Position numbers and translations under genes: made by a program. 64,000 nt of DNA from Planctomycetota bacterium (GTDB lineage Bacteria > Planctomycetota > PLA2 > JAEUHO01): assembly GCA_050248855.1 (NCBI GenBank), contig JBFWRP010000012.1:32001-96000 (forward strand), read 5' to 3'. The notes beneath the pieces were generated by a model. That model was given only the letters and a program-made list of their open reading frames with translations. It did no database searches and had not been told where the DNA came from. Of the stretch, positions 29,134 through 38,692 are shown in pieces. Within the stretch, counting starts at the first letter, position 1. Every line of letters begins with the position of its first letter.

Positions 29134-29888
29134 GCCCCCTTCAGCACGCCCGCCGTGTGGAGGGCGGCCTCCAGCGCGTCGAGACGGGACGGGGCATCCG
29201 TCAGACGCTCCTCGGGCTCCAGGCGCCCGCCGGAGCCCACGAAGGGGGCGTCGTCCTGGTGGGCGACAACCTCGCGGCTCTCGCGCTTGGCCTGCTCGAG
29301 GACGGCCTTCGCCTCGCGCTTGCGCTTCTCGTTGAGGACCAGGAGGAGCCCGGTGCTGATGGCCCAGGAGAGGAGCCCCCAGGGCGTGCTGTCCTTCGGT
29401 CCCTCGATGTCGAGGCCCTGGCCCTCGGCATCGCGCCAGGCCTCCTCGGCCTTGGCGAGCCGGTTGTTCGCGGCCGTCACCCGCGTGGAGAATTCGTCCG
29501 TCCACGCGCGCGCCCGCTCTGCGCGCTCCCGAGCCTGGGTCGCCTCTGCGGCTGCCTCCGTGGCACGGCGGCGGGCGCGATCGAGGTGCTCCTGCGTGGC
29601 CTCGCCCGCAGCGACCTGGCGTTCCAGGTCCTCGGCGGTGGCCACGGCGCTGGCGCGGGCGGCCTCGGCCTCCGCGGCCACGCGGGCGGCCTCCTGAGTC
29701 CGCTGTTCGGCGGTCGCCACCTCGGCGCGAGCGGCCTCGACTTGGCGGGCGACATCCGGGTCGGGGGGCGGGACGGCGGGCTTCACGCCCACGCCGAGTT
29801 CGACCCCCTGGCAGGCCGCTAGGCCCGCCAGCAGCAGGGCGGCGACGGCGGCGCCGCGGGATGTCAGGGCGTTGGCGAGAGCCTTCAC
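29130..29888 (-). CDS. Lipoprotein with coiled coil and internal TM (spanin-like)
   Basis: LLLAGLAAC lipobox; Ala/Glu/Arg coiled coil; WGLLSWAISTGLLLVL TM followed by KRKR. Confidence 0.6.
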   Translation of the reverse strand: MKALANALTSRGAAVAALLLAGLAACQGVELGVGVKPAVPPPDPDVARQVEAARAEVATAEQRTQEAARVAAEAEAARASAVATAEDLERQVAAGEATQEHLDRARRRATEAAAEATQARERAERARAWTDEFSTRVTAANNRLAKAEEAWRDAEGQGLDIEGPKDSTPWGLLSWAISTGLLLVLNEKRKREAKAVLEQAKRESREVVAHQDDAPFVGSGGRLEPEERLTDAPSRLDALEAALHTAGVLKGA

Positions 29889-30196
29889 CGGCCACCGCCA
29901 GCGCCGTCGGCGTGGTGGGGGGGCGGCACGGCCGGGCTATGTGCGTCACAGCCGCCGTCCGGGCAGCCGGGCGTGGGCGGGGACACGGGTTCCGCGGCCT
30001 TGCCGGTGCGCAGGCCGTAGCGGCCGAGGTTGACCTGTCCGGCACCGCCCACTCCGTCCTGGGGACCGGCGAACACGCGGGCGCCGCCGCCGACGCCGGG
30101 CTGCAGGTCGAGCGCGCTCGACGGGCCGGGGCCGGACTGGCAGGAGCAGAGGAAGAGGAGCGCGCAGAGCGCGAGAACGATGACCAGCGGGCGCAT
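29885..30196 (-). CDS. Small lipoprotein
   Basis: GGAGG RBS; MRPLVIVLALCALLFLCSC; GTGA overlap. Confidence 0.6.
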   Translation of the reverse strand: MRPLVIVLALCALLFLCSCQSGPGPSSALDLQPGVGGGARVFAGPQDGVGGAGQVNLGRYGLRTGKAAEPVSPPTPGCPDGGCDAHSPAVPPPHHADGAGGGR

Positions 30197-30369
30197 GAGA
30201 GCCTCCGTGTGGAGGGGCCGGCCCGCTGGAGGGGGACTGCCCTCAAGACTGTGTGCCCAGCATAACTGCACGCAGCCCCAGAGCGTCCCCCTCAAGGTGT
30301 AGGGTCGCGGCCCCGTGCAGCAGTGAGGGCTGCCGCCGGCGGCCAGCATCGTGAGAGCGACTCCAACCC

Positions 30370-30753
30370 ATGAGCGAAGCCGATTCCGCGCCTGACGGCG
30401 AAGCCGACGAAGATCGCGACGAGGAAGTTCCGGTCGGCTTCTGGGAGGCCCTCCGGGATGTATTGACGGACTCGCGTGGATCGAAGTCCCTCGGGGACTT
30501 GGCGGACAGGATCGCGACGCCAATCATCAAGGGCAAGACGATCGAAGCGCGCACCCTGCGCCGACGGCTGCACCTCGCCGATCGGTACTACCAGCGAGGG
30601 CAGTGCCTTCGCTATGGCCTCTCACTCTTCGTGCTCGCCGCGGTCGTTTGGCTGTCCCTCGCAGGTCAGATCCCCAGGGATGCGCTCACTCCGCTGCTTG
30701 CCGGCATCGTTGGGTCTCTCTTCGTAACACCGAGGAAGCCGGACGGAGGCTAG
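30370..30753 (+). CDS. Hypothetical two-TM protein (moron-like, opposite strand)
   Basis: YGLSLFVLAAVVWLSLAG and LTPLLAGIVGSLFV. Confidence 0.6.
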   Translation: MSEADSAPDGEADEDRDEEVPVGFWEALRDVLTDSRGSKSLGDLADRIATPIIKGKTIEARTLRRRLHLADRYYQRGQCLRYGLSLFVLAAVVWLSLAGQIPRDALTPLLAGIVGSLFVTPRKPDGG

Positions 30754-30759
30754 CGGCGA

Positions 30760-31356
30760 TCAGTCCCGCAGGACCTCCTCGATCGCGAACTCATAACGTC
30801 CGAAGCGCTTCGTCACGCCCTGCAGCGCGGGCGGCTCGGCTAGCCGCACGAGGCGCAGGCCCCGGTAGGTCGCGGCGACCATGGCGGCCGGGGCAGGGGG
30901 CACGGCGAAGGTGACCGTACGCGCGTCCGTGTCCACGCTTGCGATCGCGGCCGCGACGCCATTCACGAACCCGACGACCGAGCCCTGCTTCAGGTACCAG
31001 CGGAAGTCCGGGCTCGCCTCGTAGGTGGGCAGGCTGAAGGTCACGCGGACCCCGTCACCCACGGCGGGGTCCAACGCCACGAGTTCCCGTATGGGATCGC
31101 GCGGGTCCTCGATGAGGAAGGCGTCGCGGGTGATCCCGTGCGCCTGCATGAACGCCTCCCACGCCACACGCTGCGGCTCCGTGAGGCCCGCCGGCCAGCG
31201 GTAGCGTCGCCGCGTGCAGGCGAACAACTCGACGCGAGCGGCCTGGCCGGGAGCGTGGTCCTCGAGCACCTCGACGAAGGGCTCGTCGGTGAACTCGTAG
31301 TCGGCCCACGGCTCGCGGCCGTCGGTCGCCCCGTCGTTGAACACGGCGTACGCCAC
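30760..31356 (-). CDS. DUF2460-like phage distal tail protein
   Basis: AFLIEDPRD, VGDGVRVTFSL, VNGV, VTFAVPPAPAAMVAATY. Confidence 0.6.
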   Translation of the reverse strand: MAYAVFNDGATDGREPWADYEFTDEPFVEVLEDHAPGQAARVELFACTRRRYRWPAGLTEPQRVAWEAFMQAHGITRDAFLIEDPRDPIRELVALDPAVGDGVRVTFSLPTYEASPDFRWYLKQGSVVGFVNGVAAAIASVDTDARTVTFAVPPAPAAMVAATYRGLRLVRLAEPPALQGVTKRFGRYEFAIEEVLRD

Positions 31357-31360
31357 GGGC

Positions 31361-31846
31361 TCACGCCGCCACGAGCGTGATCGTGCAGGAGGCCTTGAGT
31401 GCGTCGCCGGCGGTCTTGTTGATCGCCGGGAAGGTCTTCCGATTGAACATGTTCCCGGCGGCGGGGTCATCGAACAGCCCCACCTCCGTGATCGCCCCCG
31501 TGCCCACGCCCGCGGGGAAGGTGTGGTCGACTGCGCAGACACCCGTGCCGCCTGCCGTGTACGCCACGGCGTCGCGCGCGGCCTCGGTGCCGAGGGCAAT
31601 GTCCACGGGCGTCTCCGGCACGGCACCCGTACCGATGGCCACGTAGCCGAACAGAGGCGCCGTCGTGGCGGGGTTGAACAGGCGGTCCTTCGCCTGGTCG
31701 AGCCCGGTGTTTACGATCAGGTTCTTGAACCGCCGCCGGTCCTTCACGGCGCCGTTGGGGCCGAGGAGCACGAGTTCCCATACGGCCTGAAGGGCAAGAG
31801 GACGCTCGGAGCGGCGGGGCGTAGTCCAGCGGGAGGGAGAGGGCAT
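31361..31846 (-). CDS. Phage tail-fibre/collar-like protein
   Basis: KNLIVNTG, YVAIGTG, TFPAGVGTGAITEVGLF, MFNRKTFPAINK. Confidence 0.7.
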   Translation of the reverse strand: MPSPSRWTTPRRSERPLALQAVWELVLLGPNGAVKDRRRFKNLIVNTGLDQAKDRLFNPATTAPLFGYVAIGTGAVPETPVDIALGTEAARDAVAYTAGGTGVCAVDHTFPAGVGTGAITEVGLFDDPAAGNMFNRKTFPAINKTAGDALKASCTITLVAA

Positions 31847-31919
31847 CGAAGCCTCCTCTCGCTCGGCCGGCTGGAGACGCGGACGCGCGATGACAGGGTG
31901 AGTGTACGAGACGGATCGG

Positions 31920-33947
31920 TCAGGGGTTGAGCACGAGCGCCCAGGCCTCCTCGATGCCCATGGCTTCGTCCACTTGCTTCGTGACGTCGAGGGCCCACAC
32001 CTCGCCGAGGCCGAGCGCGTCGAACTCCACGACACCGGGGTTCAGTTCGAGATCCCACGACTCGCCCAGCGCGATCGCGTCGTCCAGGCCCTTCGTCGTC
32101 TCGAACGCCCAGTCATCGATCGCGGCCAGGCGCTCCAGAGGCTGCGCGTGGCTGGTACGCCAAGCCTCGGAGGCTTCGAGCGTCTCCTTCGTGAGCAGCG
32201 CATAGCCGCCCTCCACCACGGCCACCTCGACGCCGATGCCCATGAGGTTCAGGCCCGTCGTGGGCGGCGCCGTGCCCGCGCCCGGCGCGTAGGCGACGCT
32301 GATAGCGAGGTCCGTGGGCTTCCGCTGCCCGGGCGCCACGGAGCCGGCCGGGTACAGGAACAGCGACATCCCCTGCCCCGTGCCATCGGCCTCCACGAAC
32401 CCGAGCGCACCGGGCGTAGGCAGGCCCCAGGGGGAAGCCTTCCAGGCGACGTCGATCGCCACGGCGTACGTGGTGCCGGGCGGCACGGGCGGGCCCATGC
32501 TCGGCTCCTCGGCGAACGAGGCCCACGCGCCGACCTGGCCACGGGCGTGGGGCGGGATCGGGAGGATGCCGCCCGCGCCGGAGATCATCCCGAGTCCGCT
32601 CGCGTTGAGCAGCACGCCCTCGTTCCCGAAGCCGAAGGGATTCATGGTCGGGGTGGGGCCGACGTGCCCGGGGTGGCGCGTGTCCGGCGTCATGGCCACG
32701 GGATCGATCTGCTTGTGGACCACCGAGGCGCTGGCCAGGAACTCGGTGGTCCCGCCGGGGCCGGAGGTGTCCCAGGCGTAGGTGCCGCCGTTGGTGCCCG
32801 TCCCCGGCGCCACCGCCACGACGGCCATCAGCAGCATCTCGGGCGCCTTCACGCGCCAGAGCATCCCGGCGTCGGCGCCGAGGTCGTTCATGGGACCCCG
32901 GAACACGAGGCCGCCGGGATCGCCGAAGGAGCCGGGGACGGGACGCAGCCACGGGTTGGCGACGCCCGCGACGCGGAAGTGCGAGGCCATGTCGGCGGGC
33001 GCGCCGTCGGCGTAGCCCGCGCCCACGTCGCCCGGCGCGAGGATCGCCTGCGTCATCTGATCCTGTACGCGACCGAGCGCGCGGCCGAGCTCGCGGGCCA
33101 TCTCCAGCAACTGGTGCTGCGTGGAGCCGTGGCCCAGCATCGACAGCGGCGCGCGCTGGTTCGGGAGGCTCCGCGCGCTCTCGAACGCGGTCCACGGGCC
33201 CGTCGGCGTGCCATCGGTACCCAAGGCCGAGTACTCGACGCCCGGCGGGCCGTCGTAGCCCATGGCGCCGTCCTCGCGCTTTCGGAACGCGAAGCCCCCG
33301 CGGCGGAAGATCTCTCGCGGCGGGCGGCCGTCGAGCGCCGCGTCCGTCGCGATCTGCCCGCCGTAGCGCCCGCGGTCGCCGTTGTTCGCCGGCGCCGGAC
33401 CCTGGAACGGGATGTCGGGGTTCGCGTGGGAGCGCAGCACCGGCCCGTCGATCGCCTGCCGCGCCGCGAGCCCATCGCGCCCGGGCACGGCGATGTTGGC
33501 GCCCGGGTTGTCCGCGTGCGGCCCGATCGTCAGTTCCTCGTCGAGCCAGGTGCGAAGCGCCTGGTGCGTGATGTTACGGATCTTGTCGGCGTCGTCCTGC
33601 TCGACGGACACCACGCGCCGGACCTGGTCGTTGATGATCGTGACGTCGCAGGCATCGACGGGCCCTTGCTGCATGCCGCCGATCCGGTCCTCGGGCTTGG
33701 TGAGCAGGCAGTTCCGGAAGTCCTCGACGTCCTTGATCATGCGCGCGGCCTTCTTGAGCACGCGCGCCTCGTGGAAGGCCTTCGAGATGTCGATCCCCTC
33801 GAAGGCCATCCAGCCGCTGGCCGTCCCCGCCTCGAGCACGGTCCGGTTGCCGTCGATCTCCCACGTGACCTTGAACACCTGGAGGTCCGGCGAGGCCTCG
33901 AACTGCGTGGCGCGAAGGGCCGAGGAGAGCGTGATCCGCTTGCTCAT
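31920..33947 (-). CDS. Hypothetical phage (virion-associated?) protein
   Basis: 675-aa ORF with high-GC3 codon usage, co-oriented with the tail genes; Gly/Pro-rich beta C-terminus. Confidence 0.55.
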   Translation of the reverse strand: MSKRITLSSALRATQFEASPDLQVFKVTWEIDGNRTVLEAGTASGWMAFEGIDISKAFHEARVLKKAARMIKDVEDFRNCLLTKPEDRIGGMQQGPVDACDVTIINDQVRRVVSVEQDDADKIRNITHQALRTWLDEELTIGPHADNPGANIAVPGRDGLAARQAIDGPVLRSHANPDIPFQGPAPANNGDRGRYGGQIATDAALDGRPPREIFRRGGFAFRKREDGAMGYDGPPGVEYSALGTDGTPTGPWTAFESARSLPNQRAPLSMLGHGSTQHQLLEMARELGRALGRVQDQMTQAILAPGDVGAGYADGAPADMASHFRVAGVANPWLRPVPGSFGDPGGLVFRGPMNDLGADAGMLWRVKAPEMLLMAVVAVAPGTGTNGGTYAWDTSGPGGTTEFLASASVVHKQIDPVAMTPDTRHPGHVGPTPTMNPFGFGNEGVLLNASGLGMISGAGGILPIPPHARGQVGAWASFAEEPSMGPPVPPGTTYAVAIDVAWKASPWGLPTPGALGFVEADGTGQGMSLFLYPAGSVAPGQRKPTDLAISVAYAPGAGTAPPTTGLNLMGIGVEVAVVEGGYALLTKETLEASEAWRTSHAQPLERLAAIDDWAFETTKGLDDAIALGESWDLELNPGVVEFDALGLGEVWALDVTKQVDEAMGIEEAWALVLNP

Positions 33948-34044
33948 CCCGGCCCAGCGCGAAGTCGAGGCGCCCTCCTTTGCGCCGGGGGGTGCGGCCC
34001 TCCTCCACCGCGCCTCATGGACCGGGCCAGCACATCGGGCCGGG

Positions 34045-34152
34045 GCTGGGACCGACGTCGCCGCGATCAGGGGGATCCCGGGCACGGGCCGGGCTGCGTG
34101 GGCACACGGCGAGTACATCCACTCGGACGACGAGCGTTTGCGGAAGGCAGCG
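34045..34152 (+). pseudogene. Degenerate integrase C-terminal fragment
   Basis: AGTDVAAIRGIPG/HGPG../YIHSDDERLRKAA aligns with AGTDVATIGRILGHRPG..YLHTDDDRLREAA at 24136-24243, with frameshifts. Confidence 0.7.
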
Positions 34153-34531
34153 CGGCGGCCGAACAAGCATGTTAGGCTGACGCTAGGCTGGGTGCTCCGG
34201 CGGGCCAGCGGAGAGCCCCTTGATCTCTGCCGCGGGATGCGGCTACCGTTTCCGGTTGGAGGGCGATGCGCCCGATGCCGATGACAGAAGGACACACTGC
34301 GAGCGCAGTTCCTGAGTTCCGGGTTTGCACCGGCGCTCGCTACCCTCTTGACCCTCGTGCTGCTGGTTGGACGCTCTCGATCTCAGAAGAGATGCCGCTT
34401 CCCGGCGCCGTCGCGATGCAGGCTCGCGATGCTCGTGCGCAGACTGCGACGCTTGCCCCTGATGAATCTTCATGGGCGGAGCGGCGGCCCCACTCGCACG
34501 GCGCGTTCGTCACCGGCGCCGACTCCCGCGG

Positions 34532-34738
34532 TCACTTGACGGGGCGCTTGAACACAGCACCGCCTCGCTGGTCGAGCGCGGACAGTTCCCAGCCCTCCTT
34601 GCCCAGAGTGTTGAACTCCACCTCGATGCTCCCGGCGTTCGGCACATACCGGTACTCCCACCGGGGCGCGTCGTCGGGCCCTGCGCAGGCAACGAGAGGC
34701 AGCGTGAGGACAGACAGCAGAAGCAGCGTGACTCGCAT
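34532..34738 (-). CDS. DUF4177-like small lipoprotein
   Basis: GGAGG RBS; LVAC lipobox; WEYRYV...FNTLGKEGWELS...VFKRP. Confidence 0.75.
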   Translation of the reverse strand: MRVTLLLLSVLTLPLVACAGPDDAPRWEYRYVPNAGSIEVEFNTLGKEGWELSALDQRGGAVFKRPVK

Positions 34739-34961
34739 AACTCCTCCGGCTTTCTGGATTCAGGGCGGTCGCCTCGACGCGTGCGTGTCGCCTCGTGCGG
34801 GCCCGGTCGATGTCGCGTCGATGGTACGCCGGACTCGGCACCGCCAAGTCCGCCATATCACCACCCAGACTCCGTGGGCCTGTGCATTCTTCCCTGGCGC
34901 TCTCGCGCCAGCGTCCCCGCGCCAGGCCCCCGAGCGAAGACACGACCCCGGAGCGTGATCC

Positions 34962-37589
34962 ATGCCGCGTGCGCGGACGTCCACTACCGTCGCCCTCCTC
35001 GGGTGCCTGCTGGTGGGCTCGCTCGTCGTCGGATGGTGGTGGTACGTCACGCCGTCGGGGGAGGACGTGCCCCTTGTGACGGAACGGCACGATGACCAAC
35101 AGCGCGCGCGGGATCCCGTTCTGGTCGGTTCGTCCCGAGTCGAACGCGACAAACCAACGGGGTTGCCCAACAGGGGCGTCGAGTCCTGGCCGGCTGAGGG
35201 GATGCCTGTCCACGTTGTGGACGACAAGAGCGACGTCCCCGTCGCCCACGCGGCGGTGCATGTGTGGACCTACGCGGATCAGCTCGCGGCATCCGACGAG
35301 GTGTCGACGCTCGATCTGTCCACCCGAATACGACGGCACGGTCACATCTACGTCGCCAACGCCAACGGGGAGCTAGTGATCCCGGAGCCGGTTGTCGCGT
35401 CCTGGATATGGGCGAAGAGTGGTGAGGCTGAGGCCGTCCTGCACGTCCCCGCACAGAGCGCGCGCCCAGCGGTCCTCCGACTACGGGTCCTCCGCGGTGG
35501 GGTCATCCGTGTCCGGGACTCAACCGGCGCCGGGGTGGCAGGTGTCCCTGTGCTCCTCGGCCTGCCATCGGCGGCGGGCCTAATGGTGGTCTGGGAGGGC
35601 GAGACAAGTGCGCCAGCCGGAGCTGCCGTGGTTCGGGATCTGGAATCTGCGATCCGCGCACACACGGGACGGGGCATCAAAGACACGGTGGGGCCGCTTC
35701 TGGTGGGAACGAGGATCCCCTTCGAGCCGCCCGTACTCGTGACCCTCTCCTCCGTCGAGATTCCCGCGGAAGGCGTCGATCTCCTGCTGCCCGCACACCG
35801 AGGCCTCGTGATCCGGATCCTGCGGCCCGACGGTTCCCTCTACGCGGCCCCAGCGCTTGTGACGGTCCAGTCGAGCATGATCGGATCGGACTCGGGGAAC
35901 GGTCCGCCGCGCCGCCACCAACAGATCGAGATGTCCACGGAGACCGGCGAGGTTCTCCTGCCGAGGGTCGGCGTCGCGGTGCCCCTCTCGGTCGGCGTCA
36001 AGGACGCCTCCGGGTGCTTCCAGCCGGTGACCCTCACCATGACAATCCCCGAGGAGGGGGCGCTTCCCTTCGCTGTCGATCTCCCTCTGGGGGAGTTGCG
36101 CCCCTGCCTGCTCGTCCGGCTCGTGCGCGAGGACGGCGCGGCAATCGCAAACGGCCAAGTTGCGGTGTTTGCACAGCGAGGAGACCTGATCGAACACCTG
36201 CCCGTCAATGGGCTCCTTGCGACGGACTCGGCCGGGCTCATGCGGATCGCCCTGAGGCAGTCGCTGCCGCCCCACGTTGGGGGCGCTCTCCACCTGTCTG
36301 CCAAGACGCTCGATGGCGACCGGTCCGTGACCGGACTCGCAACGTTGCCGATCCACGGCCCTCTGGGACCCGCGCCGACCGACCTTGGAACTGTCACGCT
36401 GCGTCCGATGCCGCACGCCCTGGAGGGCACGATCGCGGACGACGAGGGAGCCCCGGTCCCGAACGCGAAGGTCCGCTTAGTCACTCCCGTGGAGGGCTTC
36501 AGCGGAATCGCCTTCGAGACTTGGACCTCGGCCGACGGCTCCTTTGTGCTGCTCGCTCCCGAAGGGACCGCGAGAATCGATGTCGCAGTCGAGCACCCAG
36601 ACTTCCAACGGACGCAGGAAAACCATGCGTTCGGCTCCACGGGCGTGTCGTTTGTCCTCTTCCGGACTCCGGTCCTCCGGGGCTCGGTGCTAGTCGATCC
36701 AGACATCGACTGGAGGAGGCTCAAGTTCCACCTCGCTTCTGGAGGCGACGGGGCGATGCGGCCGCTCCCCGTGACGTGGGAATCTCCCCGCCACTTCCTG
36801 TTACGCTTGGACACGACGGACCCGATCGACTTGGCGGTCGCGATGCAGGGGTCCTCCCACGCGCTGACGACGATCCGCGGTTTGTACCCGGGCGGGAAAG
36901 GTGAAGGCGAGGACGAAGGCGCGCGCATCGACCTCAGAGGCGTCATCCGGCGGAACATCGTGCGGATCGTAGACGACCACGAGGTGCCCATCGAGGGGGC
37001 GAGGGTCTCATTCCGCGAGGAGGGTGAGGACGCAGTGCGAGGGACGTCCACAACCGATGGGACCGGCACGGTGGTCTACTACTGTCGCGCGACCGACCAG
37101 ATCGTCGTGGAGGCATCCGCCGCCGGCTACGCCCCCGTGACCCAGCGGCTCTCGCCTATGGCCACGGACACGGAGACCATCAGGTTCGTCTCGCGCCTCT
37201 ACGACCTCACCTTTACGTCTCCCCTCGCGTTCTCCCACGACCTGACCGAGGTCATGCTCCTCCCGACGGTTCAGTCCGCCTCGTCGGGCAAGGTGCAGAG
37301 CCCGCACGAGAGGCAGAGCGGGGCTCTTCTGTTCTCGCGATTCCGAGCAATCCCGGGCCGGACCTGGTCGATCTCGTTCCAGGTTGCGTCGCCCGGCGAG
37401 TACCAGATCACGTTCGACCTTGCCCAATACGTCCTACCGGAATCCGGAGCCCTGCGCGAGCTGCGTCGGGTACGCCTCGGCGGCGTCGCCCCGAGCCGGA
37501 TCACGGTGGACGACCGAATCGGAGTCCAGGTCTTCCCGTTCGAGATCCCTGTGGGAGAGATCGAACGTGCGAGCGCCCGGATTCGGTAG
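34962..37589 (+). CDS. Membrane-anchored carboxypeptidase regulatory-like repeat protein
   Basis: N-terminal TM; repeats VRDSTGAGVAGVPV, LEGTIADDEGAPVPNAKV, IVDDHEVPIEGARV..TTDGTG. Confidence 0.75.
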   Translation: MPRARTSTTVALLGCLLVGSLVVGWWWYVTPSGEDVPLVTERHDDQQRARDPVLVGSSRVERDKPTGLPNRGVESWPAEGMPVHVVDDKSDVPVAHAAVHVWTYADQLAASDEVSTLDLSTRIRRHGHIYVANANGELVIPEPVVASWIWAKSGEAEAVLHVPAQSARPAVLRLRVLRGGVIRVRDSTGAGVAGVPVLLGLPSAAGLMVVWEGETSAPAGAAVVRDLESAIRAHTGRGIKDTVGPLLVGTRIPFEPPVLVTLSSVEIPAEGVDLLLPAHRGLVIRILRPDGSLYAAPALVTVQSSMIGSDSGNGPPRRHQQIEMSTETGEVLLPRVGVAVPLSVGVKDASGCFQPVTLTMTIPEEGALPFAVDLPLGELRPCLLVRLVREDGAAIANGQVAVFAQRGDLIEHLPVNGLLATDSAGLMRIALRQSLPPHVGGALHLSAKTLDGDRSVTGLATLPIHGPLGPAPTDLGTVTLRPMPHALEGTIADDEGAPVPNAKVRLVTPVEGFSGIAFETWTSADGSFVLLAPEGTARIDVAVEHPDFQRTQENHAFGSTGVSFVLFRTPVLRGSVLVDPDIDWRRLKFHLASGGDGAMRPLPVTWESPRHFLLRLDTTDPIDLAVAMQGSSHALTTIRGLYPGGKGEGEDEGARIDLRGVIRRNIVRIVDDHEVPIEGARVSFREEGEDAVRGTSTTDGTGTVVYYCRATDQIVVEASAAGYAPVTQRLSPMATDTETIRFVSRLYDLTFTSPLAFSHDLTEVMLLPTVQSASSGKVQSPHERQSGALLFSRFRAIPGRTWSISFQVASPGEYQITFDLAQYVLPESGALRELRRVRLGGVAPSRITVDDRIGVQVFPFEIPVGEIERASARIR

Positions 37590-37600
37590 GAGAAGCCCCC

Positions 37601-38638
37601 ATGAAACTGCAGTTGATAGCTCTCGCTGTGATCGCCCTGGCGGCGCCGTTGGTGACGGCAGCGGCGGTCGAGTCCCGATCGGGCGCCGTGCAGCCCGAGA
37701 ACCCCCTGTTCGCACGGTCCCTCCACATCGCGAAGTGCCAGGTGGAAAACGTCTCGTGCCCTGTCATCGTGCCCGTGGGTGTTGCGCGGGGCGTAGGACG
37801 GCCGCAGGTCGTCTTCCTCGGGGACCCGCTGCCGACGACGACCCAGGTCACGTGCGAGCAGTACCTCACTTGCGGCGCCACATGCGTCGGAGGGAAGGCG
37901 ACGATCTGCGGATCGACCTGCACCCACTACCCGACGTGCCACGGCACGGAGACGGAGTGCTCCAACACCTGCGGTCAGTACCCCACCTGCAACGGGGCTG
38001 AGACCATGTGCGTCAGCACCTGCGGTCAGTACCCTACCTGCAACGGGCAGGCGACGAACTGCGGATCGACCTGCCCGAACTTCCCCACGTGTAGCGGGGA
38101 GTCGACATGCACGAGCACCTGTTCGGGCTACCCGACTTGCAGCGGCGAGAACCCGACCGCTTGCGGGCAGGCCACGTGCAGCCAGTATCCGACCTGTGGT
38201 GGCGGGACGCCGGGATGCACGCCCACCGCTGGCAATTACCCGACCTGCAACGGGACGACCGCGACATCCTGCACGAACACGTGCAACGCCCAGGCCCAGA
38301 GTTACCCGACGTGCGATCCCTCGTGCCTCCTGTACCCGACATGCTCGGGCAGCACGTCGTGTACCTCGACGAGCGTATGCACGAATCCTCAGCGTTCGTG
38401 GCCTACGTGCGACCCTATGATCGTGACTTGCCAGTCGGGCGGAAGCTGCCCGCCGACGAAGGGCAACTGGCCGACGTGCTCGGGCAGCCTCACGCGATGC
38501 GCGGAGACCTGCACGGGGGAGGGCTGCCCTCCGCACATGTTCGCCATGCTCCCGCTGCCGCCGGGCGGCGCGCTGGCGGCACTTGGAGTCCTCCTCGCAG
38601 GAGCGATCTTCAGGAGGCGCAAGCCGCTGCCCGGATAG
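37601..38638 (+). CDS. Secreted Cys/Thr-rich [YFW]PTC-repeat protein with C-terminal sorting-like anchor
   Basis: AGGAG RBS; signal peptide; 11 [YFW]PTC units, about 39 Cys; LPLPPGG + TM + RRRK tail. Confidence 0.85.
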   Translation: MKLQLIALAVIALAAPLVTAAAVESRSGAVQPENPLFARSLHIAKCQVENVSCPVIVPVGVARGVGRPQVVFLGDPLPTTTQVTCEQYLTCGATCVGGKATICGSTCTHYPTCHGTETECSNTCGQYPTCNGAETMCVSTCGQYPTCNGQATNCGSTCPNFPTCSGESTCTSTCSGYPTCSGENPTACGQATCSQYPTCGGGTPGCTPTAGNYPTCNGTTATSCTNTCNAQAQSYPTCDPSCLLYPTCSGSTSCTSTSVCTNPQRSWPTCDPMIVTCQSGGSCPPTKGNWPTCSGSLTRCAETCTGEGCPPHMFAMLPLPPGGALAALGVLLAGAIFRRRKPLPG

Positions 38639-38692
38639 GCACCCCCGGCTCTCTGCACAGACCGCGGGACGTGGCGGCGACGGGAGGACGCC

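Noticed and set aside
37850..38500. CRISPR array or DGR in the about 51-nt periodic repeats
   Set aside because: The repeats are in frame, vary at synonymous positions and encode the YPTC units; no cas or reverse transcriptase gene in the window
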